This document shows positions 59,785 through 64,000 of a DNA stretch of 64,000 nucleotides, piece after piece. The notes below the pieces were generated by a model. It saw nothing but the letters and a program-made list of their open reading frames with translations, did no database searches and had not been told where the DNA came from. The translations under genes and the position numbers were made by a program. The DNA is taken from IMG/VR virus record IMGVR_UViG_3300017917_002838, positions 1-64,000 of that record. One strand, written 5' to 3'. Source of the DNA: a virus. Positions within the stretch are counted from its first letter, which is position 1; each line of letters begins with the position of its first letter.

Positions 59785-59986
59785 CCCGCCTCCAATGTAT
59801 AAACGATTTAATATAAACTATCATATATGCGATAGCTGCAACTATAAAACCATATTGTTTTGTAACGATAGCATATGCTATCCATAAGCATTCATTGACA
59901 ACAAGTATGAGCCAACCCCAGATTGTTTTTTTACCAACAAAAAATATTCCGGTTACTCCAACCGCTGCTAATATCCATGACCACAT
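59777..59986 (-). CDS. Small PnuC-like membrane protein
   Basis: Three hydrophobic segments, W.Y..QYG. Confidence 0.5.
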   Translation of the reverse strand: MWSWILAAVGVTGIFFVGKKTIWGWLILVVNECLWIAYAIVTKQYGFIVAAIAYMIVYIKSFIHWRRDG

Positions 59987-59994
59987 TTTAATAA

Positions 59995-60014
59995 TAGGGG
60001 GCTTTCGCCCCCTA
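59995..60014 (-). terminator. Hairpin after SSB gene
   Basis: TAGGGGGC GAAA GCCCCCTA. Confidence 0.6.
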
Positions 60015-60017
60015 CCT

Positions 60018-60689
60018 TTACCAGTCTAAACTGCTGCTTGTTGAGGAATCTTCTGATTTTTCTGACTCATTGTTGAGATAGAATGATTCCTGCTCTGCAT
60101 ATGGAAGATCTCTAACGGCAACCGTTTCTAGATCGAATAATTCAAGTGCTGACTTATCAAAAGCACCCTCATCTTTTGCTAATGGAATTGCTGTGTAACT
60201 GGTATCTGTCTTAGAGCCAGTTCTCTTTACACGCCACATTAAATTAGAAATGCTACCCATTTCATTTGCATACTCAATGAGTGTTGGTGTAATTGTTTTT
60301 CCGCTATGACCTTGAGACAAGATTGCTACGTATGGATCTTCCTTGCCATCATCAACTAGAACGTTGATATAAAGTCTTTGTCGGCCTTTCCATCCAGCCT
60401 TATAGTCTTTCTTATGCTGTTCGCATCCCCAACACTTGCCTTGATCGTCAATTGTGCATAGGGCTTTTCGTCTGTAATCTTTAGGATTTGTATGTTCTAC
60501 TGCAATAAATCCAAGACCGTATTTAACATCGTAATGCGGTGAATCTGGGTCTAGCTCTTGTAAAAATCTAATCTTTAAGCTTTCGCCGTCTTCAATCTTT
60601 AGCCAACGGCCTTTTGGTCCGCCTTCTCCACTTGATTGTGGTTTGTCTAGTGCTTTGTTTAGGTCTTTTAGACCTTTTACTATTCCCAT
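60018..60689 (-). CDS. Single-stranded DNA-binding protein
   Basis: Replication-cluster position, Zn ligands, acidic tail ending in W. Confidence 0.7.
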   Translation of the reverse strand: MGIVKGLKDLNKALDKPQSSGEGGPKGRWLKIEDGESLKIRFLQELDPDSPHYDVKYGLGFIAVEHTNPKDYRRKALCTIDDQGKCWGCEQHKKDYKAGWKGRQRLYINVLVDDGKEDPYVAILSQGHSGKTITPTLIEYANEMGSISNLMWRVKRTGSKTDTSYTAIPLAKDEGAFDKSALELFDLETVAVRDLPYAEQESFYLNNESEKSEDSSTSSSLDW

Positions 60690-60745
60690 ATATATTCCTT
60701 ATCTGTATAGTTGGCAGTATAGATCTGCCTGTATATTCTATTATA

Positions 60746-61738
60746 TCATTGCCATAAAACATATTCAATATGAGAAACTGCATTTCTGATACAATCTTTT
60801 ATCTCAGAATCTGTCATGTCTCCCGCATCTTTTGCATCATGTGGGTATATCTTACCATAAGAATGCGAAGCCCACAAGATGTCTTTATTCTTTAATCTAC
60901 TTACAATTGAATTACCAAGTTCTCTACCTGCTAAATCTGCATCTGTCATAATTATTATTTTGTTAAAATATCTATTTAATAAATTAATATTTGTAGAAGA
61001 TAGATGTCCTCCCAGTGTTGCTACTACGTTTGGAAATCCAGCCTGATGAACCCTCATTGCATCAAAGGATGATTCTGTAATAATACAAATACCGCCAACA
61101 AGTTTAGCCCTGTGAATATTAAAAAGGGTACTACTGCGAGGTAGTCCCGTAGAGTTTTTGAACGTTTTACTATCAATCCCACGCCCAACAATCCCAACGC
61201 AAGTCCCGTCAGGGCTATGTACAGGAACAGTAACCATCCTGCGATTATAAGAATATCCAACATTAAAGTACTCCAATGTTTCATCTGTAAATCCACGACC
61301 ATGCATGTATGCACGTCCGTCATCATATTTTTTCATCTCTTCTGAAAGTTTTAATAATGTTTCTGAATCAAACTCTATAAACTCTGGTTTATCTTCTAGC
61401 GTTTCTGCTAACATTTCATCAAAGTTTGATAAAGATTCTGTTTCTTTACTAGAAATAAATCTTATTGCTTCAAAGTAATTCTTGCCACCTACTCTTTTTA
61501 TTAGATCAATAAGTGTTCCAGTTTCTCCGCAAGCTGGGTTGAAACACAACCATGCTCCAGAACTTTTGCTAACAGAAAAACTTGTTGTATGCCTATTACT
61601 ATGAAATGGACAATATAATAAAAAGTCGTTACCGGTTTCTCCAGCTACATCTAAACCTAAAGACTTTAGAACTGATTTAATGTGCGAGGAGGAATACGTC
61701 TGATCAGTTTGCTTTGCGAAATTCCCTCTAATTGCCAT
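60746..61738 (-). CDS. dnaG: DNA primase
   Basis: CPFH Zn finger, TOPRIM E..FD, D.D..G, KD. Confidence 0.88.
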   Translation of the reverse strand: MAIRGNFAKQTDQTYSSSHIKSVLKSLGLDVAGETGNDFLLYCPFHSNRHTTSFSVSKSSGAWLCFNPACGETGTLIDLIKRVGGKNYFEAIRFISSKETESLSNFDEMLAETLEDKPEFIEFDSETLLKLSEEMKKYDDGRAYMHGRGFTDETLEYFNVGYSYNRRMVTVPVHSPDGTCVGIVGRGIDSKTFKNSTGLPRSSTLFNIHRAKLVGGICIITESSFDAMRVHQAGFPNVVATLGGHLSSTNINLLNRYFNKIIIMTDADLAGRELGNSIVSRLKNKDILWASHSYGKIYPHDAKDAGDMTDSEIKDCIRNAVSHIEYVLWQ

Positions 61739-61965
61739 GCCTGACTCTTTCCTACATGCACTCCGTGGATAGTTATTAGGAACTTCCACTTTTCACCATC
61801 ATATTCTACAGAAAAGGCGGGGTCTATGTCAAGTGTTCTTACATAGCCCATGTCTCTCATATTATGTATCAGTAAAGATTCGTACTGGGCTCTGATTCTA
61901 ACCATGTCAGAATCATCTAGGAACTCGCCCTTAATTTGAAATCTTCTTAATTGTTGATGAGTCAT
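61666..61965 (-). CDS. Hypothetical protein
   Basis: ORF track. Confidence 0.6.
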   Translation of the reverse strand: MTHQQLRRFQIKGEFLDDSDMVRIRAQYESLLIHNMRDMGYVRTLDIDPAFSVEYDGEKWKFLITIHGVHVGKSQAWQLEGISQSKLIRRIPPRTLNQF

Positions 61966-63188
61966 TGCACCGGATTTTCATACACTTCCTTAATTATACC
62001 TCTATTGATATCCCAGTCCAGATAGAATGAAAATTCTTTTCCATGTCTATTTTTTCTAGAAACAATCTCAATAAGATTTGAATCGGAAATTCTATGAATG
62101 GCTAGTGCCATATCTGCATCATATTCAATTGCTTTTGACCAGGCTACCTGAGAAAGCATTGGTGGATTATCTTGGTCTGAGATATCATCCATTGTTGCAG
62201 CAGTAATATCAATAATTGGAATATTATTTGTCATTGCAAGCATTTTAAATTCACGAGAAATATTCATATTACGCTCTGTAGCACCAGAACTTTTTCTAGT
62301 ATCTACGAACAACTGGTGATAATCTAAAATAACTAGATCTGGCTTATGCTGGTCAATCTTTGCCTGAATAGTATTAGCGTTGACTTCTCCAACACCCTCA
62401 TTAGACACCAAAATAAATCCACGCTTATCTGCAAACTTCTTTTTACTCCAAGACTTGAAGTCGTCCATGTTTATATCACCACGAGAAATGTCGCTATTTT
62501 TAAATATACCGGAACCCATAATTGTATATATACGATCACGCATGTTTTCTGGAGACATTTCAAGGGATACAATCATTGGTTTAAAACCTTGCTCCCAAGC
62601 TTTGCATGCTAGATAAGAAGTAAACCAGGTCTTACCTTTACCCGGCCATCCTATAGCAACTATAAGATGTCCTGGAGCCATTCCTGTGGCATAAGCAGCA
62701 TCAATTGCTTCAAACCCCGTTGGTATTCCTGGACTTCCACCCATCATGGCAGACCTTAGTTTAACATTCTCAAAATGTTTTTCTGCTAATTCGATGTCTG
62801 TAACATCTACGTCTCGAATATTATTTGTAAACTTATTTAAAACAGAAAGCTCTTTTTGCATTTGATCTAGCACTCTTGCTGGAGTATCTTCTTTTAAACT
62901 ACTTCCGCTTTTCAAAATAATATTCTTGATTTTATTAGAAAGATATTCATTCTTTAATTCGTCTAGATAATATCCAGTTTCTGCTGTTACCTTTACTGGT
63001 TCAAAATCTTTAAACCGATCCTGAAGAATTCCAACTTCTGGTACCGACTTAAATTTTTGATAATAAGATTTTAAACTTTCCCAAATGTCTTTATGCGAAA
63101 CAAATAGGTCATCTACATTTTGTGCCAGCAGTACGCTTATGTCTTTATTCTGACATACTGCCGAGATTAGAGTTGCCTCCGTGTTCAA
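61962..63188 (-). CDS. dnaB: Replicative DNA helicase
   Basis: G.PGKGKT, SLEM, ILDY, IE.DAD, KNRHG; TTG start. Confidence 0.92.
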   Translation of the reverse strand: MNTEATLISAVCQNKDISVLLAQNVDDLFVSHKDIWESLKSYYQKFKSVPEVGILQDRFKDFEPVKVTAETGYYLDELKNEYLSNKIKNIILKSGSSLKEDTPARVLDQMQKELSVLNKFTNNIRDVDVTDIELAEKHFENVKLRSAMMGGSPGIPTGFEAIDAAYATGMAPGHLIVAIGWPGKGKTWFTSYLACKAWEQGFKPMIVSLEMSPENMRDRIYTIMGSGIFKNSDISRGDINMDDFKSWSKKKFADKRGFILVSNEGVGEVNANTIQAKIDQHKPDLVILDYHQLFVDTRKSSGATERNMNISREFKMLAMTNNIPIIDITAATMDDISDQDNPPMLSQVAWSKAIEYDADMALAIHRISDSNLIEIVSRKNRHGKEFSFYLDWDINRGIIKEVYENPVQ

Positions 63189-63721
63189 TGTTCCGCCTCT
63201 CTTCTACCATGCTCTTAGTCTCATATCTTAACATATCTCTATGATGTTTGTCACTTTCTATATCTCTTTTTAACTTATCTATTTTATCAAAGTTGTATAG
63301 GAACCAGGATATAGGATGTCCAGACTTATCTAAAGTAAAATAATAAGAAATTAATTCTTTAGCTTTTTCATAGCCAACAGAATCTATTACGTCCTGCATA
63401 CCCCACTTTTCACGATACCTATTAATTGAAGGATTTTTTCCGCCATACTTTTCTTTGTATAAATTTGTATAAAGTGTTAAAAGGGCATGTGGTAAATTAT
63501 TTTTATTTTCCATTCTTTAGCTCTTCTTCAACCTCTTCTGTTTTTTGAACAAGTTTCTTTTCTACAAATGCGTAAACTCTATCTGTGGCCGAGTCGACAG
63601 TCTCCCCGTCTCTAACCCAATCCTCTACGCCAATGCCAATTTTAATGCTCTCATAATTACCTAAATTTCTGGTAAATGAAAGATCAACCTTAACTTTTGT
63701 TTCGGACATAATCACCACCAA
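63145..63721 (-). CDS. Two hypothetical ORFs (63145-63513, 63503-63721)
   Basis: ORF track. Confidence 0.6.
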
Positions 63722-64000
63722 TATATCACAAAGTAGAAAAATAATAGATCTACTGATAAGCTTCTTTTATTTATTTGTATGCCAACTGCCAAAGTCTTAA
63801 ATGAATAAGACCATTCTAAAGAAAGTCTAAATTTTTTACGTCCGGAAGAATATACTCTATTCCTCATTAGTCCGCCTTCCAAACTGGTATAAATTTTCCG
63901 TCTTCTGTTTTCGTATACAGAATGATATTATTTTTTAAAAGAGCTGTCAACTCCCTTTTATTAGGAAGATCTTCTATATTTCTTCCTGAAGATAAAATAA

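Noticed and set aside
4229-63188. Inteins or introns in nrdJ, terL, recA, dnaE and dnaB
   Set aside because: ORFs are continuous and of ordinary length, with no splice-junction motifs noticed.
1-64000. Stop-codon reassignment
   Set aside because: Core genes are intact in code 11, TAA, TAG and TGA all end genes, and there is no suppressor tRNA.

Overview
A 64-kb segment of a large, AT-rich, apparently lytic tailed phage. The host is most likely an actinobacterium, inferred from WhiB, an Lsr2-like protein, an MSMEG_6728/DenV-like glycosylase, GAAAGG-type RBSs and actinobacterial promoter motifs. The minus strand carries replication and recombination genes (DnaB, primase, SSB, DnaE, RecA, Cas4-like nuclease, RuvC), terminase, lysis, stress and auxiliary genes (Dps, Hsp20, thioredoxin, SpeD, class II RNR), about ten glycan-related enzymes, glycine-rich virion proteins and five of the six tRNAs. 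The unusual part is a plus-strand island at about 13.7-27.3 kb made of short cassettes of tiny, mostly unknown genes. Its intergenic DNA is highly stereotyped: (1) a polar GGGC-N12-TTACG element, usually GCCC-N4-GGGC-N12-TTACG (14 exact and 2 one-mismatch copies); (2) helically phased CRP-type boxes; (3) 11 exact copies of the PafBC/RecA-NDp DNA-damage promoter TGTCRG-N10-TANNNT; (4) a parS site, a DnaA-box cluster and GACAC (WhiA-type) boxes; (5) covarying H-type pseudoknots, hairpins with anti-RBS loops and a promoter/terminator-bounded small RNA. A second such small RNA lies outside the island at 8.5 kb. All motifs were found and counted by eye. Protein family calls come from recognising motifs, not from database searches.
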